Assembly (NCBI RefSeq): GCF_027943725.1 | Contig: NZ_AP025696.1 | Location: forward strand, 535,293-559,292 | Direction: 5' to 3' | Source: Nitrosophilus kaiyonis | GTDB taxonomy: Bacteria > Campylobacterota > Campylobacteria > Campylobacterales > Nitratiruptoraceae | DNA: 24,000 nt | Shown here: positions 10,217-17,837 of the stretch, one piece after another | Numbering within the stretch: the stretch's first letter is position 1 | Layout of the letters: the number at the start of each line of letters is the position of its first letter | Made by a program: the position numbers and the translations under genes | Notes under the pieces: model-generated | The model's database searches: none | The model's input: the letters and a program-made list of their open reading frames with translations, nothing else | Told to the model about the DNA's origin: nothing

Positions 10217-10217
10217 A

Positions 10218-10778
10218 ATGAATCCTCATATGTTTGAAAAAGAAACACTAAAAAATATAAATCTTTATTCCAAAAAAGTTGGAATCTCTTTAGCCCTTTT
10301 GGGCTCACTTGCTATTTTAGCAAATGTCATATTTCCAAATATCAAAATAGATATATTTATAGGTCTATTTCTATTTTTTACTGGTATATTGATTGCTTTT
10401 ATTTTATATAAAAACTATTATGAGAATAGATTATCTATTCTTCATCCATTGATACCTCTGATATCTGGATTAGTTTTTCTAACTCTTCCTCTTAAACATG
10501 ATTTAGCTATTTTGATAACAATTGTTTTTTATCTTTTTCTCGATGGATTTATAAAATCAGCAATAGGTATATCCTATAAACCCTTAAAAAAATATAGATA
10601 TATTATATATAGTGGAGCTTTTTCTATACTTCTTGCTATGTTTATAGTCTTTGGCTGGCCATTAACAAATTATTGGCTTTTAAAACTAATTGTTGGTGCA
10701 AATATCTTTTTTGATGGGATTATGTTTTTTAATTTTTCTTATGGAATTGAAGATGAGTTAAAACAACTTCAAACTTAA
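10218..10778 (+). CDS. integral membrane protein, HdeD/DUF308-like
   Basis: I chose the ATG at 10218, one nt after the radical SAM stop. The track start at 10167 would overlap the zinc ribbon of the upstream gene. About six TM helices with repeated small-residue-rich helices (LIVGANIFFDGIMFF) resemble DUF308. Family assignment is tentative. Confidence 0.5.
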   Translation: MNPHMFEKETLKNINLYSKKVGISLALLGSLAILANVIFPNIKIDIFIGLFLFFTGILIAFILYKNYYENRLSILHPLIPLISGLVFLTLPLKHDLAILITIVFYLFLDGFIKSAIGISYKPLKKYRYIIYSGAFSILLAMFIVFGWPLTNYWLLKLIVGANIFFDGIMFFNFSYGIEDELKQLQT

Positions 10779-10801
10779 AGCACCTATAAAAAATAGATGC
10801 T
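10779..10801. terminator. imperfect inverted repeat between convergent genes (possible bidirectional terminator)
   Basis: agcacctat-aaaaa-atagatgct forms a 9-bp stem with one mismatch. It sits in the 30-nt gap between the stops at 10778 (+) and 10809 (-). The stem is weak and AT-rich. Confidence 0.3.
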
Positions 10802-10808
10802 ATTAAAT

Positions 10809-11264
10809 TTATCTAACCTCCATTTTTATATAACCTTTTCCATTACTTGCCCAGTTTTGAACCTTCTTTTTATCATCACTGCTTAGTTTAGCATCTGGAT
10901 GAAGCCATAGATATTGAGGTAGAGGCATCGCAAGATTTATACTTCTAAATATTTTTTTCTTAAGCTCTTCTTTTTTTGCATTAGGATAACTATCCCAGAT
11001 AGAAAAATTAAGTGCTTTTCTACCTTCAACAACATCTCTTCTAACAACCCATTTCATTGGAGCAACATCTGCATACCATGGCCAGTTTGTCTCAAAGGAG
11101 TGGCAATCATAGCAACTCTTTTTAAAAATTGATTTTAAATCTTTTGAAATTTTAATCTCTTTAGTTTTATCAAAAGTTGGATTTGCTTTTTCATAAGATG
11201 GAATAAATTGAAATATTACAAAAATCACAATCAATACCCCTATAAAATATAAAAAACTTTTCAT
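10809..11264 (-). CDS. membrane-anchored haem-binding domain protein (Haem_bd-like, CxxCH)
   Basis: N-terminal TM helix, then CYDCHSFETNWPWYADVAPMKWVVRRDVVEGRKALNFSIW. This contains the CxxCH haem motif and the WPWY...APxxW...GRxxLNFS pattern of the haem-binding-domain family. The start abuts the upstream stop (11264/11265). Confidence 0.7.
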   Translation of the reverse strand: MKSFLYFIGVLIVIFVIFQFIPSYEKANPTFDKTKEIKISKDLKSIFKKSCYDCHSFETNWPWYADVAPMKWVVRRDVVEGRKALNFSIWDSYPNAKKEELKKKIFRSINLAMPLPQYLWLHPDAKLSSDDKKKVQNWASNGKGYIKMEVR

Positions 11265-11948
11265 TTATCCCCCTTTTAAGCTTAAATCTAAAATTTTTGC
11301 ACTTTTATACAACTTTTCATATAAAAACGAGCTTATATTAAACCATTTTTTACAATCTTTAATTATTGCACTATCACAAGTTATTACAATATCTTTTTGG
11401 TTTTTTAAAAATCTATCAACTTTATCTATTGCAACAGCCTTTATATTTAAATTCTCTTTTTTTGCTAAATCTTGAATTTTATTTGAGAGTTTTATGCTAT
11501 TGGATACTTTTTTATCAAAAACAAAAATAGCTTCTTCTGTTTCAAGAACTTTTAAAGCATTAAATAAAAACTTTATTGCTTCATCTGTTTCAAATACAAA
11601 TCTATAATTTCCGTAAACAGAACTTAAATCTCTATAGCATCCATCATAACATTTTATTATTATAGATTTTGCAAGAGCAGTTTCGGCAGTTATCAATATA
11701 TTAAATCCATCAATATAAACCTTTTTATTTTTGATAGACCTAACACCTCTTTTATATTTTATTGTAGCAGCTTTATAAAGAGCATCTCTTTGTATCGAGT
11801 ATAATTGATAATGGTTAGAAACAAAATCTATAACACTATCTTTTTTATATCCTCTTTTTATTAAAAAAATTGCATCATATACACTTTTTTTTAAATTTTC
11901 TAAATTTTTAAACAGTTTTGAAGTGTCAAAAGCTCCCCTATGCCTCAT
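11265..11948 (-). CDS. DUF434-like protein with C-terminal NYN/PIN-like domain (predicted nuclease or RNA-binding; function unknown)
   Basis: The N-terminal RGAFD...AIFLIKRGYKKDSVIDFVSNHYQL resembles DUF434 as I remember it. The C-terminal part has three acidic positions spaced as in YacP/NYN-PIN folds: VYIDGFNIL, IFVFDKK, VITCDSAI. The start overlaps the nadX stop (TAATG). Confidence 0.5.
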   Translation of the reverse strand: MRHRGAFDTSKLFKNLENLKKSVYDAIFLIKRGYKKDSVIDFVSNHYQLYSIQRDALYKAATIKYKRGVRSIKNKKVYIDGFNILITAETALAKSIIIKCYDGCYRDLSSVYGNYRFVFETDEAIKFLFNALKVLETEEAIFVFDKKVSNSIKLSNKIQDLAKKENLNIKAVAIDKVDRFLKNQKDIVITCDSAIIKDCKKWFNISSFLYEKLYKSAKILDLSLKGG

Positions 11949-12700
11949 TATGTGCCAACTATAAAATTGTTATCAATTTCATTTATCAAAGCAACAACAC
12001 TTAAAGCCGCAAGATAGCTTGTTTTAGGATTTTTTTCGCTTGGGAGATTATCAATTTTAATACTGCATTTTCCAAATACACCCTCTAATTCTACTTCATG
12101 AATATTATGCTCAACTTCAGGGTCAGCCCATATTTCAACATCGGCATTATAGTTTGTAACTATAGAGATAGTAACAGTTACATTAGTCTGCTTTGGAAAA
12201 CGTTTAATACATTCACTTGCCTTTCCTTTAAAGACAAGCTTTTTTTCATTTTTAAGTCCAAACTCTTTTGGATTTTTTACACTTTTTATAAAAACTTTTT
12301 TTGGATTTGTAAATGATAAAACTTTTGCATTATCTACTCCAAAAAGAGCTCCACTTGGAACTCTTATAAATAGATTTTTCTCTTTTGCTTTATCTATAAG
12401 GGAGTTTCTAAAATCATCTTCCATTAAAGCACCACTACTTAATATAATAAGATTTTTACCTTTTTCTAAAATTTTATTTGAAAGAGTCTTTACCGCTTCA
12501 TATGAAGCTGTCTCTAAAACTGTATCAAAGTCTTGTTTTATAAAATCATCAAAGCTCTCATAAGCTTTTGCCCCAAAAGCTTTCTCAAGTTTTTTTGCTT
12601 TTTCTAAATGTCTATCATATAATGCAACAACTTCACAATTTAATTTAAAACCACTTATAATTGAGGCAATATTTCCACATCCAATTATTCCTAATTTCAA
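11948..12700 (-). CDS. nadX: L-aspartate dehydrogenase (NadX-like)
   Basis: Rossmann motif GIIGCGNIA at the N-terminus, plus PSGALFGVD and NPKTSYLAALSVVALI, which are typical of aspartate dehydrogenase (DUF108 C-terminal domain). I prefer the TTG start at 12700 because GGAGG (12707-12711) lies 6 nt upstream. The track start (TTG at 12712) lacks an SD. Confidence 0.8.
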   Translation of the reverse strand: MKLGIIGCGNIASIISGFKLNCEVVALYDRHLEKAKKLEKAFGAKAYESFDDFIKQDFDTVLETASYEAVKTLSNKILEKGKNLIILSSGALMEDDFRNSLIDKAKEKNLFIRVPSGALFGVDNAKVLSFTNPKKVFIKSVKNPKEFGLKNEKKLVFKGKASECIKRFPKQTNVTVTISIVTNYNADVEIWADPEVEHNIHEVELEGVFGKCSIKIDNLPSEKNPKTSYLAALSVVALINEIDNNFIVGT

Positions 12701-12714
12701 GATAGCCTCCAATA

Positions 12715-13401
12715 TTACATATTTCTTATATCTATATACTCACCACTTGGATATTCCAATAATTTTTTAAAACTATCTATTAAAAGTTTTGCTGCATCTC
12801 TTGGATTTAGCCTTTTTGACTCTTTTAATCTTTTAATTGTTGGATATTTCTCATCATCACCATATTTTAATATATGCTCCATCATAGGTGTTTGAATAAG
12901 TCCAGGAGCCAAAGATATAAGATGTGTATTTGGCATCTCATTAGCATATAGCTTTATAAGCATATTTAAAGCGGCTTTGCTTAACGAATAAGCATTCCAG
13001 CCTCTTGCACCACTTATGCTTGCACCACTGCTTATTGCAACTATCTGATTAACTGCAACACCTTTTAGAAAATCAAGTATAACTTTGTTTGCATATACAT
13101 TTAGCTTCATCACATCTTCAATCTCATGTAAACTTGTATCACTCATATCTTTTATCTCACCTAAAATTCCCGCATTTAAAATTGCGATATCAAGTTCACA
13201 TTCACCTAAAAGATTATTAAGAGCATCTTTTATCTCTTCTGTCGCAAATAGATTTAGTTCATAAAAATATAAATTATCATACTTTTCAAACTCTTTTGGC
13301 ATATATCTACTTAAAGCATAAACTTTCTCACCAGCTTCCAAGTACTCCTGTGCCAAAGCTTTGCCAAGACCGCTACCAATTCCGGTTATAAAAATTTTCA
13401 T
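12715..13401 (-). CDS. short-chain dehydrogenase/reductase (classical SDR) family oxidoreductase
   Basis: Cofactor motif TGIGSGLGKALA, an NAG motif (LNAGIL) and catalytic YSLSKAAL (YxxxK). The GGAG SD overlaps the upstream ppk2 stop. Confidence 0.85.
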   Translation of the reverse strand: MKIFITGIGSGLGKALAQEYLEAGEKVYALSRYMPKEFEKYDNLYFYELNLFATEEIKDALNNLLGECELDIAILNAGILGEIKDMSDTSLHEIEDVMKLNVYANKVILDFLKGVAVNQIVAISSGASISGARGWNAYSLSKAALNMLIKLYANEMPNTHLISLAPGLIQTPMMEHILKYGDDEKYPTIKRLKESKRLNPRDAAKLLIDSFKKLLEYPSGEYIDIRNM

Positions 13402-13409
13402 ATTCTCTC

Positions 13410-14321
13410 CTATGCATCTATTTGAATATTTCTTCTATGATATCTTTGTACAATATCAGGGTCTGGATGGAGTGATACTTTTGCCTCCTCTTTACCCTTA
13501 TATGGTATCTGATTTAATACATATCGAATCGATTCAAGTCTTGCTAATTTTTTATTATTTGAATTTACTATGATCCATGGGCTATATGAAGTATGAGTTC
13601 TTGAGAACATCTCCTCTTTATAGTATGTTATCTTATCCCATAACTCTTGTGCTTTCATATCTACTGGGCTTAATTTCCACTGTTTTAATGGATTTTTCAT
13701 TCTCTCTTCAAATCTTTTCTTTTGTGTCTCTTTTGATATTGAAAACCAAAATTTAATAAGAATGATTCCATCATCAATTAAAGCATGTTCAATTTCTGGT
13801 ACCTCTTTCATAAATTTTTCATATTGCTCTCTTGTACAAAATCCATAAACAGGCTCGACTATAGCTCTATTGTACCAGCTTCTATCAAAAAAGGCTATTT
13901 CTCCAGGATTTGGAAGATGTTGGAAATACCTTTGAAAATAGAACTGTCCTTTTTCAACTTCAGTAGGTGCTGGAAGTGCAACAACTCTGTATTTTCTTGG
14001 ATTTAAATGCATTGTAAATCTTTTTATCGATCCACCTTTTCCTGCAGCATCACGCCCTTCAAAAATAATCATAACTCTTTTTTTATTTTCATATACCCAA
14101 TTTTGAAGTTTTATAAGCTCTATTTGAAGCTTTATTAGTTCATTTTCATATTTTACATATTCAACTGCTTTTTTTAATTTTTTCTTTTTTACCAACTGTC
14201 TAAGACCAGTTTTTGTTCTAAGTAGATGAAGCTGCTGTTCAAGGTCTTCTAATTTTTTCTTTAATTCTGGTTCTTGAATTCTCTCTTTTAAAAAATAGAG
14301 ATCTTCATATAAAGTAATCAT
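13410..14321 (-). CDS. ppk2: polyphosphate kinase 2 family protein, paralogue B (with about 50-aa extra N-terminal helical extension)
   Basis: P-loop FEGRDAAGKGGSIKR, then FDRSWYNR and LKQWKLSPVD. It aligns along its full length with paralogue A, roughly half identical by eye. A G-rich SD (AGGGGAGGA) lies directly upstream of the ATG. Confidence 0.9.
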   Translation of the reverse strand: MITLYEDLYFLKERIQEPELKKKLEDLEQQLHLLRTKTGLRQLVKKKKLKKAVEYVKYENELIKLQIELIKLQNWVYENKKRVMIIFEGRDAAGKGGSIKRFTMHLNPRKYRVVALPAPTEVEKGQFYFQRYFQHLPNPGEIAFFDRSWYNRAIVEPVYGFCTREQYEKFMKEVPEIEHALIDDGIILIKFWFSISKETQKKRFEERMKNPLKQWKLSPVDMKAQELWDKITYYKEEMFSRTHTSYSPWIIVNSNNKKLARLESIRYVLNQIPYKGKEEAKVSLHPDPDIVQRYHRRNIQIDA

Positions 14322-14361
14322 TCCTCCCCTTTATTTGGATTATTAAATTTGCAGTATGGAG

Positions 14362-14404
14362 TCTCTTTAACAATAAAGAGAGTTAGCAAAATTAGAAGCT
14401 AACT
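14362..14404 (-). terminator. two adjacent stem-loops downstream of reverse gyrase (candidate terminator, or ppk2 5'-UTR structure)
   Basis: Hairpin 1 is tctcttta-acaa-taaagaga (14362-14381; 8-bp stem). Hairpin 2 is agttagc-(10 nt)-gctaact (14381-14404; 7-bp stem). On the minus strand hairpin 2 is followed by a moderately T-rich ctctttattgtt. Confidence 0.3.
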
Positions 14405-14468
14405 TTAATATTTTCTTCTCCGCCCTAAATAAATTATATATCTTAAAAAATAAAATTTTGTTAAAAAT

Positions 14469-17400
14469 TTATAGATTTTTTACCTTATCATATAGATTTT
14501 TTAAAATATTTTTATAATCTATTTTCCCTTTTTCCACTTCATCCATAATACTTTCTAACTCTTTTGTATAGTTTTCATTCACAAAATAGTAAAATTTTGG
14601 ATGAGATTTAATCTCTTCATAAACCATTAAACCTTTTTTAGTGGCAAAGAGGGTTCCACCTTTTTGAAAAATATATCTTCTTTGCTGTAGCTTTTCTATT
14701 GTAATTGCATATGTTGAAGGTCTTCCAATTCCTTTTTCTTTCATCATTTTAATTATTTGCGCATAGCCGTATCTTGGAGTTTTTGAACGAGAAATAAAAC
14801 TCTTTTGAACTTCATAAACTCCCTCATTTACATTATTTATTTCAATTGGCCAAATTAAATTTATTCCATCTTTGATAATCTCTTTATAAAAACTAATTTC
14901 GCTCTCTTTATTTAAAGCTAAAACTTTAGCATATATTTCTAACACTACTGCCTCTTTCATACAAGAAGCAATAAAATTTCTAAAAATAAGATCATATAGT
15001 TTTAAGTGAGCTTGCGAAGGGAATTGGTTTTGCAATCTCATAAACTCTTCAAGCTCCTCTTTATCCATAGCTCGTGTTGGCCTAATAGCTTCATGTGCAC
15101 CCTCAAAAGACTTGTAACTTCTTGGTTTATAAAACTCTGCACCAAAATGCTCACTAATATACTCTTTTGCTATTGCAAGTCCAGCCGGGCTTACTCTTAT
15201 TGAATCTGTTCTATGGTAAGTTATAAAACCTGCTTCAAATAGATCTTGAGCAAGTTGCATTGTAAATTGTGGAGAAAAATGAAGTCTTGAAGATGCTTCA
15301 TATAACATAGCATCAGTAGAAAAAGGGACTCTAAAAAGCTCTTTTTTTTCCTCTTTTAAAAATTTAAGTTCAACTTTTTCCAAATAATTATAAAATTTTT
15401 TTGCATCATCTTTAATTTCGAAAATAAATTCTGCTTTCAATCTTTCAAATAGAGCTTCTACAACATATATTTTTTGTTTTACCTCTTTTTCTCTTAATAC
15501 TATCCACTCAAGAACAGCACTTTGAACTCTTCCTGCACTCAAACTTTTTTGATTAAACTTTTTTTGCAGATACTCTGAAATTTCAAAACCTATCCATCTA
15601 TCAGCAACACGTCTAACCAATTGTGCTTTTACTCTATTTTCATCTACCTCTCTTGCATTTTTTAAAGCATTATCAAAAGCCCATTTTGTTACTTCATGAA
15701 ATTCAGTTCTTTTTATATTGAGATTAAATGGGCGGCTATTTAAAAAAAGATCATATGCAATTTTTTCTCCCTCTGTATCCGGATCTGTTGCTATAAAAAC
15801 TTCACCTACTTCAATATCAAGCTCTCTAATAGCTTCCATAATTTTTAGCTTTGATTCATCTATTGGCTCAAAAACTTCAATAAAACCTGGCTTTGTCAAT
15901 ACACCATGAAATCCATCTTTCAATCCTAAATCAAAAACATGCCCTTTGGATGCTGTGATATTTAAAATTTTATCCTCTTTTGCTATCTCATAAACTTTTA
16001 ACCCTTTTGCCTCTCTAACTAATGGTTTACCATAAAAGTTAGCAATAGTTTTTGCTTTATTTGGAGATTCAACAATCACAAGAGCTGTTTTAAAAAAATC
16101 TTTACTCTCTTTAAAACTCCCCTGCATAGCCTTTTTTATCTTTTGACGATCACTGTCAATATCTTTTAAAATCTTTTCTATATCAACCTCATCAACTTTT
16201 TTAAACTTAATATCTTCACTAAACCATTTAACTTTTTTTTGCAAACTTTTAAAAGCTTTTTTACTATCAACTAATAAAAAGCTAAGCCCTTTTGTAAGGC
16301 CACCAGCATAAAGCCTACTTGTTCGCCCACTTGCTTGAATATAACCTGTTACATCTGCTGTTATAACTTTAAAATTTTCATTTTTAACTAATGATACATC
16401 TGGATTAGCATTTATTTTTTGAATAAAATCTTCACTCAATTTATTATAGATCCAATTGTAAATATTCTCAATTTTTTCTTTTACATTTTGCGAAAGTTTT
16501 GAAACTGGAATAAAAGCTACTTTTTTTAAATAGTTTATATTTTCTAAAGCCTCTTCAAAAAATGGCTCACTTTTAAGTGCAGGAATTAGTGCTAATAGGA
16601 AAAAATATAAAGAGGTTGGTTTTTGCAAATCAAGGCTAAATTCCAATTTTGGAACTCCAACAAAAATAGCATATCTTACAACATCTGGAAGATCTAAACC
16701 TCTTGCCAATGGATTGCGATAACTCGCAAATCCTACTACAACATCTACTTTTTTTTCCCTAAAATCTTCCTCTTTAAACTCTTCATAACTAACAGCTTTT
16801 ATACCTTTTTGATTGATAAAATTTAAATATCTATTAAGTTCATCTTTTGTTGCATTCGAAGGAAGAAATATAAGACCACCTTTTCCAAAAGCTTTTATTT
16901 TATTTATACTTTCATCCCATAAATCTTTTGGCTCTTCATATATATCTTCTATATTTCTTAAAGTAATACTTGGCCTGCTTACTTCAAAACCTAAAAGCTC
17001 TTTAAAAAGAAGGATTCTTCTGCTTTTTGGATTTGCAGTTGCACTTGATACTATAAGTATAGAGTCTCTTTTTTGAGCGATTTTTTCAATCTCGGCTCTT
17101 TTATTTTCAAACTCTTCCCAATTTATTCTTTTTTTTCTTACTAAAAGGGATTTATATTTTATAAATTCTAAAGTTTTTTGAATATCTTCATTATCAAAAC
17201 CTAAAAGCAGTAAAATTTTGTCTATATTTCTTGCCGATTTTAAAATAGAATCCACATCATCTACAAAAACAAAATCAAAAACTTTTGGAATAATTTCATA
17301 ATTTTTATATAAAAAAGGAGTTGTAGTAATTAAAATATCAAACTCACCATTTTCAATACGTTTTTTAACATCATCTTTTTCTTTTTTTGAAGCTCTTGAA

Positions 17401-17837
17401 TTATAAAAAAGAGTCTCTTCATCCATTTGCTCTAAGCGTTTATAAGCTTCTCTTGCAAGAAGAGTAGTTGGAAAAATAAGATAGCTTTTTTTGTTTTTCT
17501 TTTTTAAAAAACTTGCAACTAAAAGTCCAAAAGTGGTTTTGCCAATACCAGTAGGGGCCAATAGAGCAAATGATAAATTTAATAAAAGGCGCTTAGCCCA
17601 CATTAATTGTAGCTCTCTTGGCTCATATCCAATTTTTTCTTTAAAATATTTTTTAAACTCTTCAACCTCTTTTTGAAGTTCGCAAACTTTTAAAAAATCT
17701 CCATTTTTGAGCTCATTGCAAGGATCATTTACCTCTTTTGGTAAACATTTTTTACATACTAAGCCCTTTAAAAGCCTCTCACTGCAAATATCGCCCTTAC
17801 AATTAGGGCACATATTTTTATAAATAAGAGGTATCAC
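14469..17837 (-). CDS. rgy: reverse gyrase (helicase-like domain fused to type IA topoisomerase)
   Basis: N-terminal zinc finger CPNC...CKKC (nt 17745-17810). Helicase Walker A APTGIGKTT (nt 17532-17558) and DDVD box. TOPRIM VIVESPNKAKTI (Glu590) and ATDPDTEGE. Topo IA active-site ITYHRTDS (Tyr874). At 1122 aa the size is typical. The GTG start at 17837 has an AAGGA SD and overlaps the upstream stop (GTGA). Confidence 0.95.
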   Translation of the reverse strand: MIPLIYKNMCPNCKGDICSERLLKGLVCKKCLPKEVNDPCNELKNGDFLKVCELQKEVEEFKKYFKEKIGYEPRELQLMWAKRLLLNLSFALLAPTGIGKTTFGLLVASFLKKKNKKSYLIFPTTLLAREAYKRLEQMDEETLFYNSRASKKEKDDVKKRIENGEFDILITTTPFLYKNYEIIPKVFDFVFVDDVDSILKSARNIDKILLLLGFDNEDIQKTLEFIKYKSLLVRKKRINWEEFENKRAEIEKIAQKRDSILIVSSATANPKSRRILLFKELLGFEVSRPSITLRNIEDIYEEPKDLWDESINKIKAFGKGGLIFLPSNATKDELNRYLNFINQKGIKAVSYEEFKEEDFREKKVDVVVGFASYRNPLARGLDLPDVVRYAIFVGVPKLEFSLDLQKPTSLYFFLLALIPALKSEPFFEEALENINYLKKVAFIPVSKLSQNVKEKIENIYNWIYNKLSEDFIQKINANPDVSLVKNENFKVITADVTGYIQASGRTSRLYAGGLTKGLSFLLVDSKKAFKSLQKKVKWFSEDIKFKKVDEVDIEKILKDIDSDRQKIKKAMQGSFKESKDFFKTALVIVESPNKAKTIANFYGKPLVREAKGLKVYEIAKEDKILNITASKGHVFDLGLKDGFHGVLTKPGFIEVFEPIDESKLKIMEAIRELDIEVGEVFIATDPDTEGEKIAYDLFLNSRPFNLNIKRTEFHEVTKWAFDNALKNAREVDENRVKAQLVRRVADRWIGFEISEYLQKKFNQKSLSAGRVQSAVLEWIVLREKEVKQKIYVVEALFERLKAEFIFEIKDDAKKFYNYLEKVELKFLKEEKKELFRVPFSTDAMLYEASSRLHFSPQFTMQLAQDLFEAGFITYHRTDSIRVSPAGLAIAKEYISEHFGAEFYKPRSYKSFEGAHEAIRPTRAMDKEELEEFMRLQNQFPSQAHLKLYDLIFRNFIASCMKEAVVLEIYAKVLALNKESEISFYKEIIKDGINLIWPIEINNVNEGVYEVQKSFISRSKTPRYGYAQIIKMMKEKGIGRPSTYAITIEKLQQRRYIFQKGGTLFATKKGLMVYEEIKSHPKFYYFVNENYTKELESIMDEVEKGKIDYKNILKNLYDKVKNL

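Noticed and set aside
10167-10217. Upstream ATG extension of the DUF308-like membrane protein (METVQNVEHIFQEYGNK)
   Set aside because: It would overlap the conserved C-terminal zinc ribbon of the radical SAM gene by 50 nt. The ATG at 10218, directly after that gene's stop, gives a normal N-terminus.
7460-14321. The inverted PPK2 copies as terminal inverted repeats of a mobile element or a recent duplication/inversion
   Set aside because: The DNA of the two copies differs at most synonymous positions. I saw no transposase, integrase, direct repeats or tRNA target. The genes between them look like ordinary housekeeping or accessory metabolism.
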